In this document: piece by piece, positions 11,888-23,135 of the stretch
Layout of the letters: each line of letters starts with the position of its first letter
Numbering within the stretch: position 1 is the stretch's first letter
NCBI GenBank assembly: GCA_963727805.1
Contig: CAVSHF010000005.1
Location: 448,001 to 512,000 of the forward strand
Reading direction: 5' to 3'
Length of the DNA stretch: 64,000 nt
Source of the DNA: an uncultured Nitrospiraceae bacterium
GTDB taxonomy: Bacteria > Nitrospirota > Thermodesulfovibrionia > Thermodesulfovibrionales > Dissulfurispiraceae
Notes under the pieces: generated by a model
The model's input: only the letters and a program-made list of their open reading frames with translations
The model's database searches: none
Told to the model about the DNA's origin: nothing
Made by a program: the position numbers and the translations under genes

Positions 11888-11902
11888 GAATGTAATTGTA
11901 TA

Positions 11903-14018
11903 ATGCCGACAGAATCATAACCCCGTAAAATTCCTTGGAACCTCCTGATAATATTCTTCATTTTGGTAACTGCCATTACTGTCCTCGGATACATTTTTTT
12001 TGGAAGCCAGAAGGAGCACATGAGGAAGGAAAAGCAACATGATCTCTCAGCCATTGTGAATTTGAAGGTCACCCAGATCGTGAACTGGCGAAAGGAACGT
12101 CTGGGAGATCTGTCCTTTATTCTTAACAACCCATTGATCTTTTCCCAAATTCATGAATGGCTGCACAACCCGAGCAGCACCCGCCAAAGAGATAATATAT
12201 CGACATGGATGAAATCCTTACGTGAACGCTACCAGTTTAACCGCATCATCATTGTAAACGCTGATTGTAGTGTTCTGCTTTTAGTCCCTGAAGGGCCTGA
12301 TATTCTCGGACCTAATGACAAAAGGCTGATTGGCGAGGCAATGGAGACCAAAAGGCTGATCTTCTCAGATATATATGGCAGTAAGATTGCGAAGGCTACA
12401 CGTCTCAGTATTGTAGCCCCGATCATACATCCAGAGCGGAATAAAGGTTTGTCGGATGGGGCCTTCCTGTTGCGTATTGACCCGTACGAGTTTCTCTATC
12501 CGCTTATCCAATCATGGCCCACGCTGAGTCCGACGGCTGAGACACTGATGGTTCGCCGCGAGGGCAATGATGTACTCTTTCTTAACGAGCTACGCCACCG
12601 CAAAAACACAGCTCTTACCCTTCGCTACCCAATAGAGGAAAAAACCCTTATTGCAGCAAGGGCTGCAAGAGGCGAGGTAGGCGTCGTCGAGGGCGTCGAT
12701 TATCGTGGAGTTATGGTCCTTGCGGCAATTAAACCTGTGCCCGACTCGACATGGATAGTCATTTCTAAAGTGGACGAAGAGGAGGTCTATGCACCTGTTC
12801 GTAAGCTCTTCTGGATTATAGTAGCGTCAGGAGGAGTTCTCATAATAGCAGCGGGAGCAGGCATTGGTTTCATCTGGCGTCATCAACTAGCGCAGTTTTA
12901 CCTTAAACAATACGAGTCTGAACTCGAAAATTTGGCGCTTATCCGGCATTTTAAACCTTACCAAGTATGCCAATGATATCATTCTCATGTCGGACAAAAA
13001 TGGAAATATAATCGAGGCAAATGAAAAGGCGGCTGCTTCCTATGGGCATACGCGTGAAGAGCTGTTTCAATTGAAATTAACAGACATGCAGTCTCACGAG
13101 GTAGTCGATGAATATGTAGAACAAATGAAGCGACTTGAAGTCAGCAGCGAGAAGGGTGTGGCATTCGAAACAGTGCACCGGAGGAAAGACAATACGACCT
13201 TCCCGGTGGAAGTAAGTGCACGGCAAATGGAGATCGAAGGGACCGACTTTTATCAGTTTATCATTAGGGATATCAGTGAGCGGAAGCAGGCTGAGGAAAA
13301 GCTTTCACAGACAATGGAAGAATTGGTCCGTTCCAATGAAGAACTTGAAAAATTCGCCTATGTGGCGTCGCACGACTTACAGGAGCCGCTGCGCATGGTA
13401 GCAAGCTTTGTACAGCTTTTGTCAAAACGATATAAAGGAAAACTTGATTCCGATGCCGACGATTTTATAAACTACGCGGTGGATGGCGCCAACCGGATGC
13501 AGATCTTAATCAATGACCTTTTGGCTTATTCTAGGGTGGGGAGGCGAGGCAAAGAATTCAAAGAGATATCGTGCGAGAGGGCTTTAGATCGTGCTCTGTC
13601 GAATTTGAGGGTAGCCGTTGAACAGAGCGGTGCGGTGTGTTACTCGGGACCCGTTGCCTATCGTGACAGGCGATTACTCTCAGCTTGTGCAGCTATTCCA
13701 GAACCTCATCGGCAACGCTATCAAGTTTTGCAGGGACCGAACGCCCTGCATCCATATTTTGGCTGATCAGAAAGGAAACGAATGGTTTTTTCCGTCCGTG
13801 ATAATGGTATCGGCATAGAACCTGATTATTTTGAGCGCATGTTTTTCATGTTTCAGCGTCTGCAGGACAGAAAAGAATATCCCGGGACCGGCATAGATCT
13901 GGCTATCTGCAGGAAGGTCGTGGAACGTCATGGAGGAAGGATATGGGTGGAGTCAGAACTGGGCAAGGGCTCGACTTTTTATTTCACATTACCTGCGCAA
14001 AGGGAGCTTAAATCATGA
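11903..14018 (+). pseudogene. Membrane sensor (Cache-like)-PAS histidine kinase with an internal stop and three frameshifts
   Basis: ATG 11903 with in-frame TAA ~11918. Fragments 11963-12976, 12987-~13637, ~13638-13785 and 13782-14018 join into one kinase ([28 protein letters not shown]). Confidence 0.85.
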
Positions 14019-14464
14019 GGAGTGCTGATCAGCCTGTCGAGATTTTACTGGTAGAGGACAATCCCGGAGATGTGCGACTGACCTTAGAAGTGTTGAAGGA
14101 TGCAAGAGTCCGCAACAACATAAGCATGGTCAACGATGGCGTTGCAGCACTGGCGTTTCTCCGGCAGGAAGGGGATTATGTTAACGCACCACGTCCAGAC
14201 CTCATACTGCTTGACCTAAACCTGCCGAAAAAAAATGGTCTGGAAGTGCTGGCCGATATCAAAGCGGACCACGACCTGCGTGGCATCCCCGTGGTTATCC
14301 TTACAGTCTCTGGGGACGAAGAGGATTACCTGAAGTCATACGATCTATATGCAAACTGTTGTATTACAAAGCCGCTCGATCTGGACCAGTTCGTCAATGT
14401 AATTAGATCCATTGAGGACTTTTGGCTGACCATTGTCAAATTACCGCCACACAGCAAGAGATGA
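14015..14464 (+). CDS. Single-domain response regulator, Rcp1-like
   Basis: [34 protein letters not shown]. Confidence 0.92.
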   Translation: MRSADQPVEILLVEDNPGDVRLTLEVLKDARVRNNISMVNDGVAALAFLRQEGDYVNAPRPDLILLDLNLPKKNGLEVLADIKADHDLRGIPVVILTVSGDEEDYLKSYDLYANCCITKPLDLDQFVNVIRSIEDFWLTIVKLPPHSKR

Positions 14465-15531
14465 ACAATAATCCGATAAAAATATTATTGATCGAAGACA
14501 ACCCCGGAGACGCGCGCCTCATTAGAGAATTGCTGACAGAGGCAAATAGCGCCCCTTTTATACTGGAATGGCGCGACCACCTAAATGCAGGCCTGCAGTG
14601 GCTGACTGAATATGGTGCTGATGTAGTCCTACTGGATTTGGGATTACCCGACAGCCAAGGGCTTGACACCTATGCAAAAGTGCATGATCAATTTCCCCGG
14701 CTGCCGATTGTAGTCTTGTCCGGTCTTCACGACGAGTCCATGGCAGTTAAGGCAGTCAGAGATGGAGCGCAGGACTATCTGGTCAAGGGGCAGATTGACG
14801 GTAAACTACTATTCCGTTCTATGCGGTATGCTATCGAACGCAAGCAGACATCCGAAGCATTGCAACAATCTCATGAACAATTGCGTAGCCTTACAATGCA
14901 CTTGCAATCGGTCAGAGAAGCAGAGCGGGCGAGCCTGGCTCGGGCGATACATGACGAATTGGGACAGTTATTGACGGGTATGAAAGTGCATTTGCTGTGG
15001 TTCACGAAGAAGTGCGCGGATCAGAAAGATATAGTCGATAAGGCGCAATTATTATTAAATCTTGTTGAATCAGCCGCAAAGTCGACCAAGAGGATGTGCA
15101 CAGATTTGAGGCCGTCGATACTAGACCATTTTGGCATTGGAGCGGCAATTGAGTGGCAAGCGGAAGAATTTGAAACTAGGATGGGTATTGAATGCAAGGT
15201 CACGATAGTTCCTAAGGATATAGTCTTAGATGAAGAACGCTCAATAGCTCTATTCAGGATTTTCCAGGAAGCACTCACAAATATCCTCAAACATGCAAAC
15301 GCAACAAAAGTAGTAGTAAGCCTGAAGGAAGAAGCAGATAAGATAACATTAGAAGTCAGTGATAACGGCAGAGGAATTGCTAAAGATGAGATTTCAAAGC
15401 CTCATTCTTTTGGGCTTCTGGGGATGCGCGAGCGTGTTTATCCCTGGAAAGGAAAAGTGAGTGTTAGCGCCCCACGCAGAGGCACCAGAATTGAAGTAAT
15501 CATTCCGATGGAAAAAGTAAGCACATGTTAG
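14461..15531 (+). CDS. REC + HisKA_3 (UhpB/NarX-type) histidine kinase
   Basis: [43 protein letters not shown]. Confidence 0.9.
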   Translation: MNNNPIKILLIEDNPGDARLIRELLTEANSAPFILEWRDHLNAGLQWLTEYGADVVLLDLGLPDSQGLDTYAKVHDQFPRLPIVVLSGLHDESMAVKAVRDGAQDYLVKGQIDGKLLFRSMRYAIERKQTSEALQQSHEQLRSLTMHLQSVREAERASLARAIHDELGQLLTGMKVHLLWFTKKCADQKDIVDKAQLLLNLVESAAKSTKRMCTDLRPSILDHFGIGAAIEWQAEEFETRMGIECKVTIVPKDIVLDEERSIALFRIFQEALTNILKHANATKVVVSLKEEADKITLEVSDNGRGIAKDEISKPHSFGLLGMRERVYPWKGKVSVSAPRRGTRIEVIIPMEKVSTC

Positions 15532-15591
15532 TGGTAAGCCTTGACCTTGAATTTAATCTGGCAAAGACAGTTACCACGATCCAATCCAAAG

Positions 15592-16806
15592 ATGAACAAT
15601 AATCCGATAAAAATATTATTGATCGAAGACAACCCTGGAGACGCACGCCTCATTAAGGAAATGTTGATCGAGGCAAAGAGTGCCCCCTTTATACTGGAAT
15701 GGCGCGACCGGCTGCATGCGGGACTACAGCGGCTGACCGAGTATTGTGCTGATGTAGTCCTGCTGGATTTGGGATTACCCGACAGCCAAGGGCTTGACAC
15801 TTATGCAAAAGTGCATGATCAATTTCCCCGGCTGCCGATTGTTGTCTTATCCGGTCTTCACGACGAGTCCGTGGCAGTTAAGGCAGTCAGGAACGGCGCG
15901 CAGGACTATTTGGTCAAGGGGCAGATTGATGGGCGATTGATGGCTCGCTCTATGCGATATGCTATCGAACGCAAGAACGCGGAGGAAGCGCTTCAAGAAG
16001 CGCACGACAATTTGGAACGGCGTGTGAAAGAACGCACTGTTGAATTATCAAATTTAAATGATCAATTGAAAGAAGAAATAGAGATTCGGAAACGAGCTGA
16101 AGAGGGATTAAAAGAACTGACGAATGCGTTGAAAGTTACTAACACTGACCTTATGAATTTTACTCATGTGATCTCACATGATTTGAAATCCCCATTGCAC
16201 ACAATTGGGGGGTTCGCAAACCTGCTGGCAAGGCGTTATAAGGGCAAAATCGATGCCGGAGCTGATGAAATTCTTGATGACATCGTTAACGGGGTTAATA
16301 GGATGCAGGAGCTTATTAAGGGCCTTTTGGAGTATTCTCAAGCCAGAACGAAAAAGAAACAATTCAAGCCGATTGCGTGCACCTCTGTTGTCAAAAAGGC
16401 TGTTAGTAATCTGGAGGCAGTAATCGACGCAAATAATGCCTCAATAACCTATGATGACCTTCCGACGATACGGGCTGATTCTCTTCAGTTGATCAGTTTA
16501 TTCCAGAACTTGATTGACAATGCCATTAAGTATCGAAAAGAGGAAGACCCGAGAATTCATGTTTCTGCTAAACAAAAAGGCAATGAATGGATCTTTTCTA
16601 TTCGGGATAATGGCATTGGAATAGACTCAAGAGGCTCAGAGCGGATATTTGGAATGTTCCAGCGCCTAAGCAATGACCAATCCGGAACTGGTATCGGTCT
16701 GGCAACCTGCAAGGAGATTGCTAAACGACATGGTGGCCGTATCTGGGTAGAGTCTAATCCGGGAAAAGGCTCAACATTTTACTTCACAATCGCTGTTGAA
16801 AATTAG
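15592..16806 (+). CDS. REC + HisKA-HATPase histidine kinase
   Basis: REC nearly identical to that of 14461; SHDLKSPL, QNLIDNA, GTGIGLA. Confidence 0.9.
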   Translation: MNNNPIKILLIEDNPGDARLIKEMLIEAKSAPFILEWRDRLHAGLQRLTEYCADVVLLDLGLPDSQGLDTYAKVHDQFPRLPIVVLSGLHDESVAVKAVRNGAQDYLVKGQIDGRLMARSMRYAIERKNAEEALQEAHDNLERRVKERTVELSNLNDQLKEEIEIRKRAEEGLKELTNALKVTNTDLMNFTHVISHDLKSPLHTIGGFANLLARRYKGKIDAGADEILDDIVNGVNRMQELIKGLLEYSQARTKKKQFKPIACTSVVKKAVSNLEAVIDANNASITYDDLPTIRADSLQLISLFQNLIDNAIKYRKEEDPRIHVSAKQKGNEWIFSIRDNGIGIDSRGSERIFGMFQRLSNDQSGTGIGLATCKEIAKRHGGRIWVESNPGKGSTFYFTIAVEN

Positions 16807-17078
16807 CTTAGAGTTACCTCAACCCAGGGGCGAGCAATGAATATTTTCTCATCCATCCATCACTTTTGAGGTTGAGGCCCATTTACGCATATATTGCCTA
16901 GCGCTTGCTCTCTTCAGATTGAATTATATGTGATATTTTAATACCTTAATACGTCTACTCAGACTATAATAAGACGGACTAGTTAGGGCATTTTTGCACT
17001 TCACTTTGCTTGTCTCTTCTTTGATAATACAACTTGAGTGCTAGTTACCAAACTCCAAAAGTTTGATCAGTTGTTCTT

Positions 17079-17309
17079 TCACGATCTCCAGTAGCCGGTC
17101 TCTCTTAGGGAAAACACCTGTTTCAACCTCAGAAAGCCTTCCATATCCCCAAAGCTTTCCGCTTGATCACGGGTAAAGTGTTGAGGATGTTTCAATGCGT
17201 CATCAGGGGTCTGCAAGTAAAGATAAGAACCCGTATGAGGGCACGTCGCTTTATATATGCAATCGCCAAGATTAGTGTTGAAACATGACAATTTACTGAT
17301 CGTATCCAT
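17079..17309 (-). CDS. Small hypothetical protein
   Basis: 76-aa ORF with a G-rich RBS-like run in otherwise non-coding DNA. Confidence 0.4.
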   Translation of the reverse strand: MDTISKLSCFNTNLGDCIYKATCPHTGSYLYLQTPDDALKHPQHFTRDQAESFGDMEGFLRLKQVFSLRETGYWRS

Positions 17310-17816
17310 TCCCCCCCCTGCGTTCTGAAAACTCTGTTAAAATAGTTCTGTCGCCACCTATTAACTCAGTCAAATTTGGTGAATTGACCATCCTACCGGG
17401 GAAATTCCCACATATATCCCACCAAAACCCCCATTAGATAGCCAACTCAGAGATTTCGCTTTTCTTAAGCATGTTCCATCTGATTATGCTTTTTCCCTTT
17501 ATAAACAATAGGCTTCACACAATAGCGAGAGCTTTCGATCGAGTAAGCATCGCCCTAAGATCTTATCTGCAAACTTATATAGGCGATCTTATCGGCCGAT
17601 GCATTATTAATTAGTCAATTTATATGCCAAGTTTGAGAATGCGGGATTTATTTTTTCCCTTATGAACAGATAAATGGAGCAAATGTATGTTATTTTTAAT
17701 TATAATGACAGGCATAGGCTAAAGGGAGTTTCAGACCCGTCTTGTATATGTCTGGGGAAGACCTATTTGTTGAGATCTTGCCTTCATTTTTCCATGAGAA
17801 CTGCTATCATTAAATT

Positions 17817-18092
17817 ATGAAAACACGGGCACATCTCCTTATTAAGGGGAGAGTACAAGGGGTTGGGTTTCGCTGGTTTGTAAGTGATATCGCCACCTCT
17901 TTCGGACTGACCGGCTGGACAAAAAACCTTCCAGACGGTCGAGTCGAGGCGATTTTTGAAGGAGAGCGTAGTGCGGTCGAAGCGGCTATCGCGAGATGCG
18001 CGGAAGGGCCGCGCTCTGCAATAGTGTCCGGTATCGAAGTCAATTGGAATGAGCATCCCGAGGACCTTAGTGGTTTCGGAATCAGGTATTAG
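17817..18092 (+). CDS. acyP: Acylphosphatase
   Basis: GRVQGVGFR and GW.KNLPDGRVE signatures. Confidence 0.95.
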   Translation: MKTRAHLLIKGRVQGVGFRWFVSDIATSFGLTGWTKNLPDGRVEAIFEGERSAVEAAIARCAEGPRSAIVSGIEVNWNEHPEDLSGFGIRY

Positions 18093-18398
18093 CCTGCAGC
18101 CATGACAAATCAGCCTTGCATCACCCATTCATCATTAATCATTATTTCTTCGTTGACTGTCGGCTGAAACGCGGATTAGAATGTTAGTAAGCACTTGCAT
18201 CCTGCAAAGATTCCGATAAGGATAAAAAAGGGGTTCCTGACAGTCGGCGGGATAGGCACAATGAATATCATGCTGGTATCCATTACTAAAAGGACGCGGG
18301 GAAAAATTGCAGCCTATTTGAAGAATTCTAATACATGCTCCCGATGGCTAAGAAAGAGGAGAGTAAGTCTCCCCTTTCTTAGCTCTATTGGGACTTTC

Positions 18399-19865
18399 TT
18401 ATCGAGTTGACAAAGTCAAGTAAATTGTTGAACCGTTTCTGAATATGAGTAGGAGGATATCCTCGCCGGACTTGATCTGCGATGTTACCATCTCATAGTC
18501 CTTCAGCGATGAGATCTTCTTCTTGTTGATCTCGATGAGTATATCACCTTGGGCCAATATGCCCTCGGCTGTGCTTCCCTCCTCTATTCCGCTGACAATA
18601 ACGCCCGTCGCGTGCTTAGGAATGTTCAACTTGTTCTTTATCTCGGGAGTAACATCCTGAACTTGAACTCCCTTGAGGAGGTTGTCGAATTCTTTCGCCG
18701 TCTTAAGCAGGTTGGTCGGTAGTTCGGCGATCACTATATTCATCGTTATCGGGTTTCCAGCGCGCAGGACCTTAATCATAACTTGCTTGTCAGGAGGAGT
18801 CCCTGCAACCATGTTCCTGAGTCCAACGGGATCAGTAACCTCTTTGCCATCATACTCAACAATGACATCTCCCCTCTGAATCCCGGACTTCTCAGCGGGT
18901 CCATCTTCAATGACATCTCCGACAAGAGCACCCTTTTCTTCCTTCAAGCCAAACTGCTTTGCAAGGTCAGGAGTCACCGGCTGGATCGATACCCCAAGCC
19001 ATCCCCTGACTACCTTGCCGCTTTTAATGAGACTGTCCATCACTACTTTTGCCATATTGCTCGGTATTGCAAAGCCGATACCTTGATAACCGCCTGAAGT
19101 ACTGAATATGGCAGTATTGATCCCAATAAGCTCCCCGCGAACGTTAACGAGCGCCCCGCCGGAGTTGCCAGGGTTGATCGCTGCATCGGTCTGGATAAAG
19201 TCCTCATAATCCGCGATGCCCACATTGGCCCTTCCCATAGCGCTTACAATCCCTGAGGTAACGGTTTGGTTAAGGCCGAAAGGATTGCCGATCGCAATCA
19301 CTGTTTCACCTACCCTCATTTTGTCGGAGTCTCCCATTTTGATCACCGGCAGATTATGGGCTTCGATCTTGATGATGGCAAGGTCTGTTTTAGGGTCCGT
19401 TCCGAGGACTTTACCCTTGAACTCACGCTTATCCGAGAGCCTGATCTTGATGTCGTCAGCATCCTTTACGACGTGATTGTTGGTAAGGATATATCCATCC
19501 TTATCTGCAATAACGCCCGACCCTAAACTAGCCTGCTTGAATTCCTTCGGTTTTTCAAGACCGCCATACTCATCACCAAAGAACCGCTTTAACATGGGGT
19601 CGTTAAGAAATGGGTGCGGTATGCCCTGCGATTTGATGGTGCGCGTAGAGGATATATTGACGATCGCAGGTTTTACTGCAGCGACAACTTCCGCCATCGC
19701 TGCTCCAGTTTTTGACAGTGTCTCGATAGCTCCCTTAGATATCGCTGGCTCCTCCGAATAGGCCGTGGAGTGTAAATTGAGCCCCGTGGAGATTCCGAGT
19801 CCGATAATGATGCCCACAAGGGCAAATATTGCTGCGATGAGCAGCGTCTTCTTTGTTGTTACCAT
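18399..19865 (-). CDS. degP: DegP/DegQ (Do) serine endoprotease with two PDZ domains
   Basis: LTNNHVV, DPKTDLA, TDAAINPGNSGG. Confidence 0.95.
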   Translation of the reverse strand: MVTTKKTLLIAAIFALVGIIIGLGISTGLNLHSTAYSEEPAISKGAIETLSKTGAAMAEVVAAVKPAIVNISSTRTIKSQGIPHPFLNDPMLKRFFGDEYGGLEKPKEFKQASLGSGVIADKDGYILTNNHVVKDADDIKIRLSDKREFKGKVLGTDPKTDLAIIKIEAHNLPVIKMGDSDKMRVGETVIAIGNPFGLNQTVTSGIVSAMGRANVGIADYEDFIQTDAAINPGNSGGALVNVRGELIGINTAIFSTSGGYQGIGFAIPSNMAKVVMDSLIKSGKVVRGWLGVSIQPVTPDLAKQFGLKEEKGALVGDVIEDGPAEKSGIQRGDVIVEYDGKEVTDPVGLRNMVAGTPPDKQVMIKVLRAGNPITMNIVIAELPTNLLKTAKEFDNLLKGVQVQDVTPEIKNKLNIPKHATGVIVSGIEEGSTAEGILAQGDILIEINKKKISSLKDYEMVTSQIKSGEDILLLIFRNGSTIYLTLSTR

Positions 19866-19947
19866 CTTTCTCCTCCTTGCACTATAATGTTGAATTTTGT
19901 AATTTCCGAATTATATCTTTAATTTTACACATTTTTCGGTCGCTTCC

Positions 19948-21060
19948 TCAAGAAAGTCTTTTTCTAAATCGTAACGCGCTTAGCAATATGATGATCACGC
20001 CGAGAGCAAGCAATGCGGCCATCTGTGGCCACAGAATGTCGAATCCACTGCCTTTGAGGAAGATCCCCCTGATGATAATGAGAAAATACCTAAGAGGGTT
20101 TAAATAAGTAAGATACTGAAATATCTGCGGCATGTTCTCTATGGGGAACATAAATCCAGAAAGGAGCATGGCGGGCATATTAAAGAACATAGTTGCCATT
20201 AAGGACTGCTGCTGCGTTTTAAGGATTGTCGAAAGAAACAGGCCGATACCCAGAACCGACAGCAGATAAACCGATGTGCCTAAAAAGAGAAATATAAGTG
20301 CTCCCTTGATCGTAATGTTGAACCAGAAGACACCAACTGAAGTGACCAGAATCATGTCCAGGAAACTGATAAGTGCAAAGGGGATCGTCTTGCCGAGCAT
20401 CAGCTCAATCGGACTAATAGGTGATACCATGAGTTGCTCCATGGTGCCCATCTCCCTTTCCCTAACAATCGCCATCGACGTCAGCATTAGGCAGATTAGC
20501 ATGATAATGGAGGCTATCACTCCGGGTACGTTGTAATTCCTGCTCTTGAGATCGGGATTGTACCAGAACCTCGTCCGGAAATCGATTGGCACAAGTTCGG
20601 CCTTGATCGACGGGACATTAATGTCCACCCCGTATTGGGTTATGATCTTAGCTGCATAGTTCATTGCTATCATCGCCGTATTGGAATCCGTGCCGTCGAC
20701 GAGCACTTGTATCTCCGCCGGTCTGTGCGTTGCTATATTTTTGGCAAACCGTTCATTGATTTGCAGAGCGCACAACACCTTCCCGCGGTCAAGAAGTTCG
20801 CGAATCTCGTCGGGTGATTGAGGCAAATAGCTGATGTCGAAGTAGCCGGATGCCTGCAACCGCCTCGCCAGTTCCCTGCTTTCCGGAGTCTTGTCGCGAT
20901 CGTATAGGGCGGTAGAAATATTATTGACATCTGTGGTGACAATATAGCCGAACATAAAGAGCTGTATAAGAGGTGTTCCAAAGAGCAGCACCCAGTTCCT
21001 TCTATCGCGAAAGGTCTGGATGAACTCCTTAATCACAATATACTTTATACGCCCGAACAT
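19948..21060 (-). CDS. ABC-2 transporter permease (YbhR-like)
   Basis: WYNPDLKS, IVREREMGTMEQL; start at MFGRIKY. Confidence 0.92.
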   Translation of the reverse strand: MFGRIKYIVIKEFIQTFRDRRNWVLLFGTPLIQLFMFGYIVTTDVNNISTALYDRDKTPESRELARRLQASGYFDISYLPQSPDEIRELLDRGKVLCALQINERFAKNIATHRPAEIQVLVDGTDSNTAMIAMNYAAKIITQYGVDINVPSIKAELVPIDFRTRFWYNPDLKSRNYNVPGVIASIIMLICLMLTSMAIVREREMGTMEQLMVSPISPIELMLGKTIPFALISFLDMILVTSVGVFWFNITIKGALIFLFLGTSVYLLSVLGIGLFLSTILKTQQQSLMATMFFNMPAMLLSGFMFPIENMPQIFQYLTYLNPLRYFLIIIRGIFLKGSGFDILWPQMAALLALGVIIILLSALRFRKRLS

Positions 21061-21061
21061 T

Positions 21062-22174
21062 TCACTCAATCCTTTTTTTGAATTTTCTATTGGCTGCGAT
21101 AAAAACAGTGGCACCGAAGACAGTAAGCAGGAGGGACTCCAGAGCTAGCATATCGAGCGAGCTTCCCTTAAGGAATATTCCCTTGGAGATAGTCACAAAA
21201 TAGCGTGCCGGTACGATATAGGTGATCAATTGTAGCGGCTTCGGCATATTTGATATGGCATACATGAAGCCCGAAAGCAAAAAAGCGGGAAGGAACGTGG
21301 ACAGGAGCGCCATCTGGCTCGCCACGGCCTGCGAGCCTCTGGCGCTGATCGAGATGAGAATGCCAAAGCAGACGCCCCCGAAAATAAATATACCGGAGAG
21401 GAGAATAAGAAGAAAAGCGCTCCCCTTCAATGGCACTCCAAACCAATAGACACCTGCCATGATTGCCAGGAGAATATCTATAAACCCGATTGCGAAATAA
21501 GGAATAAGCTTGCCAAGAATGAGCTCGACCGGCTTTAGCGGTGTCGAGATCAATTGTTCCATAGTCCCTCGCTCCCACTCCCTCGCAATGGTGAGTGAGG
21601 TAAGAAGGGCAACGATGACGGCCATGATCACAACAATAAGCCCCGGGATGATAAAATTACGGGACTTAAGCTCCGGGTTATACCAGACGCGACTCCGAAC
21701 ATCGATAACCGGAGAAATCTTGACACCCTTGATTCTCTGACTGAAGAGTCCCGCAACGGTATTTATATACCCATCGGCTATCGTTGCGGTATTGGAATCG
21801 CTTCCGTCAATAATCACCCCGACCTCCGCAGGCCTTCCCGTCCTGATATTTTTCGAAAAATGCTCAGGTATGATGAGGGCAACCTTCGCACTGTTCGTTT
21901 CGAGGTACTTATCGATCTCCCGATATCCATCAATATTTGCAGAGATGGTAAAATAGCCCGATTCCCTAAATTCAGATACCAGCTCCCTACTTATGCTGCT
22001 CTTATCCCTGTCATAAACCACGGTGCGTATATTGTTGACATCGAATGTAATGGCGTACCCGTAAATGAAGAGCTGCATAAGCGGCATCAAAAAGGCAATG
22101 GCGAGACTCAGCGGATCACGCCAGATCTGGATCAGCTCTTTTTTCGCTATGGCCTTGATCCTGAGAAGTTTCAT
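21062..22174 (-). CDS. ABC-2 transporter permease (YbhS-like)
   Basis: WYNPELKS, AREWERGTMEQL. Confidence 0.92.
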   Translation of the reverse strand: MKLLRIKAIAKKELIQIWRDPLSLAIAFLMPLMQLFIYGYAITFDVNNIRTVVYDRDKSSISRELVSEFRESGYFTISANIDGYREIDKYLETNSAKVALIIPEHFSKNIRTGRPAEVGVIIDGSDSNTATIADGYINTVAGLFSQRIKGVKISPVIDVRSRVWYNPELKSRNFIIPGLIVVIMAVIVALLTSLTIAREWERGTMEQLISTPLKPVELILGKLIPYFAIGFIDILLAIMAGVYWFGVPLKGSAFLLILLSGIFIFGGVCFGILISISARGSQAVASQMALLSTFLPAFLLSGFMYAISNMPKPLQLITYIVPARYFVTISKGIFLKGSSLDMLALESLLLTVFGATVFIAANRKFKKRIE

Positions 22175-22187
22175 TCGCTTACCCTGG

Positions 22188-23111
22188 TCACGCTACTTCT
22201 ATGAGCGTTACAAAAACATCCTCTAGCGAGGGTACGATCTTTTCAATCCTTCTCACTGCAATGCCGGATTGATCAAGAATACTGGTGATCATTGGTATTG
22301 CCGCATCGGCGTTCTCAACCGTAGCATGAATAAGGCTGCCAAAAATCGCTGCTTCCACCCCACCTTTGTAAAGCACCTCTAGGGCTTCGACTGACTTTGC
22401 AACGTCGATCTCAACAACATCCCACTTCATATGCTCCTGTTTAAGCTCGTTCGGCGTGCCTTCTGCAACGATCTTCCCGCGGTAAATGAGGGCGAGTCTA
22501 TCGCAGTAATCGGCTTCATCCATATAATGCGTCGTCACGAATACAGTAGTCCCCGCCTTTGACATCCCGTATATCAAGTTCCAAAAATTTCGACGCGAGA
22601 TAGGATCGACGCCCGATGTCGGTTCATCTAGAAAGAGGATCGAAGGCTCATGGAGGACTGCACACCCTAGCGCGAGTCTTTGCTTGAAACCGCCCGGAAG
22701 GTTTTTGGTTACCGTTTTTCTACGGTCTCCGATCCCGGCTATCTCAAAGACCCATTCCTTCCGCTCCCGCTTTTTCTCAGCAGGGATGCTGTAAATACCG
22801 CTAAAAAAATCGATGTTTTCTTCTACCGTCAGATCTTCGTAAAGCGAAAATTTCTGCGACATATAGCCGATATGTTTTTTGATCTCCTCTGATTGACGCA
22901 TGATATCGTAACCGCCCACAAACCCCTTTCCGGCGCTTGGCAAGAGCAGGCCACAAAGCATTTTAATCGTGGTTGATTTGCCCGCTCCGTTTGGCCCGAG
23001 GAAGCCAAAGACCTCACCCCTTTTTATACTCATACTGATAGTGTCGACAGCGACAAAATCGCCGAAACTGCGGGACAGCCCGTCAACCTTCACTGCAATG
23101 TCATTCGTCAC
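22188..23111 (-). CDS. ABC transporter ATP-binding protein
   Basis: GPNGAGKST, LPGGFKQ, LFLDEPT, TTH. Confidence 0.95.
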   Translation of the reverse strand: MTNDIAVKVDGLSRSFGDFVAVDTISMSIKRGEVFGFLGPNGAGKSTTIKMLCGLLLPSAGKGFVGGYDIMRQSEEIKKHIGYMSQKFSLYEDLTVEENIDFFSGIYSIPAEKKRERKEWVFEIAGIGDRRKTVTKNLPGGFKQRLALGCAVLHEPSILFLDEPTSGVDPISRRNFWNLIYGMSKAGTTVFVTTHYMDEADYCDRLALIYRGKIVAEGTPNELKQEHMKWDVVEIDVAKSVEALEVLYKGGVEAAIFGSLIHATVENADAAIPMITSILDQSGIAVRRIEKIVPSLEDVFVTLIEVA

Positions 23112-23135
23112 CCTGTCCTCTCACTATCTATCACC

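Noticed and set aside
9930..13800. Programmed frameshifting in the histidine kinases
   Set aside because: Several independent lesions, a nonsense codon and a G-to-D change in the G2 box point to pseudogenisation or sequence error
17613..17629. Sigma54 motif tGGcatataaattGAct
   Set aside because: The -12 element is GA rather than GC, and the downstream ORF is uncertain
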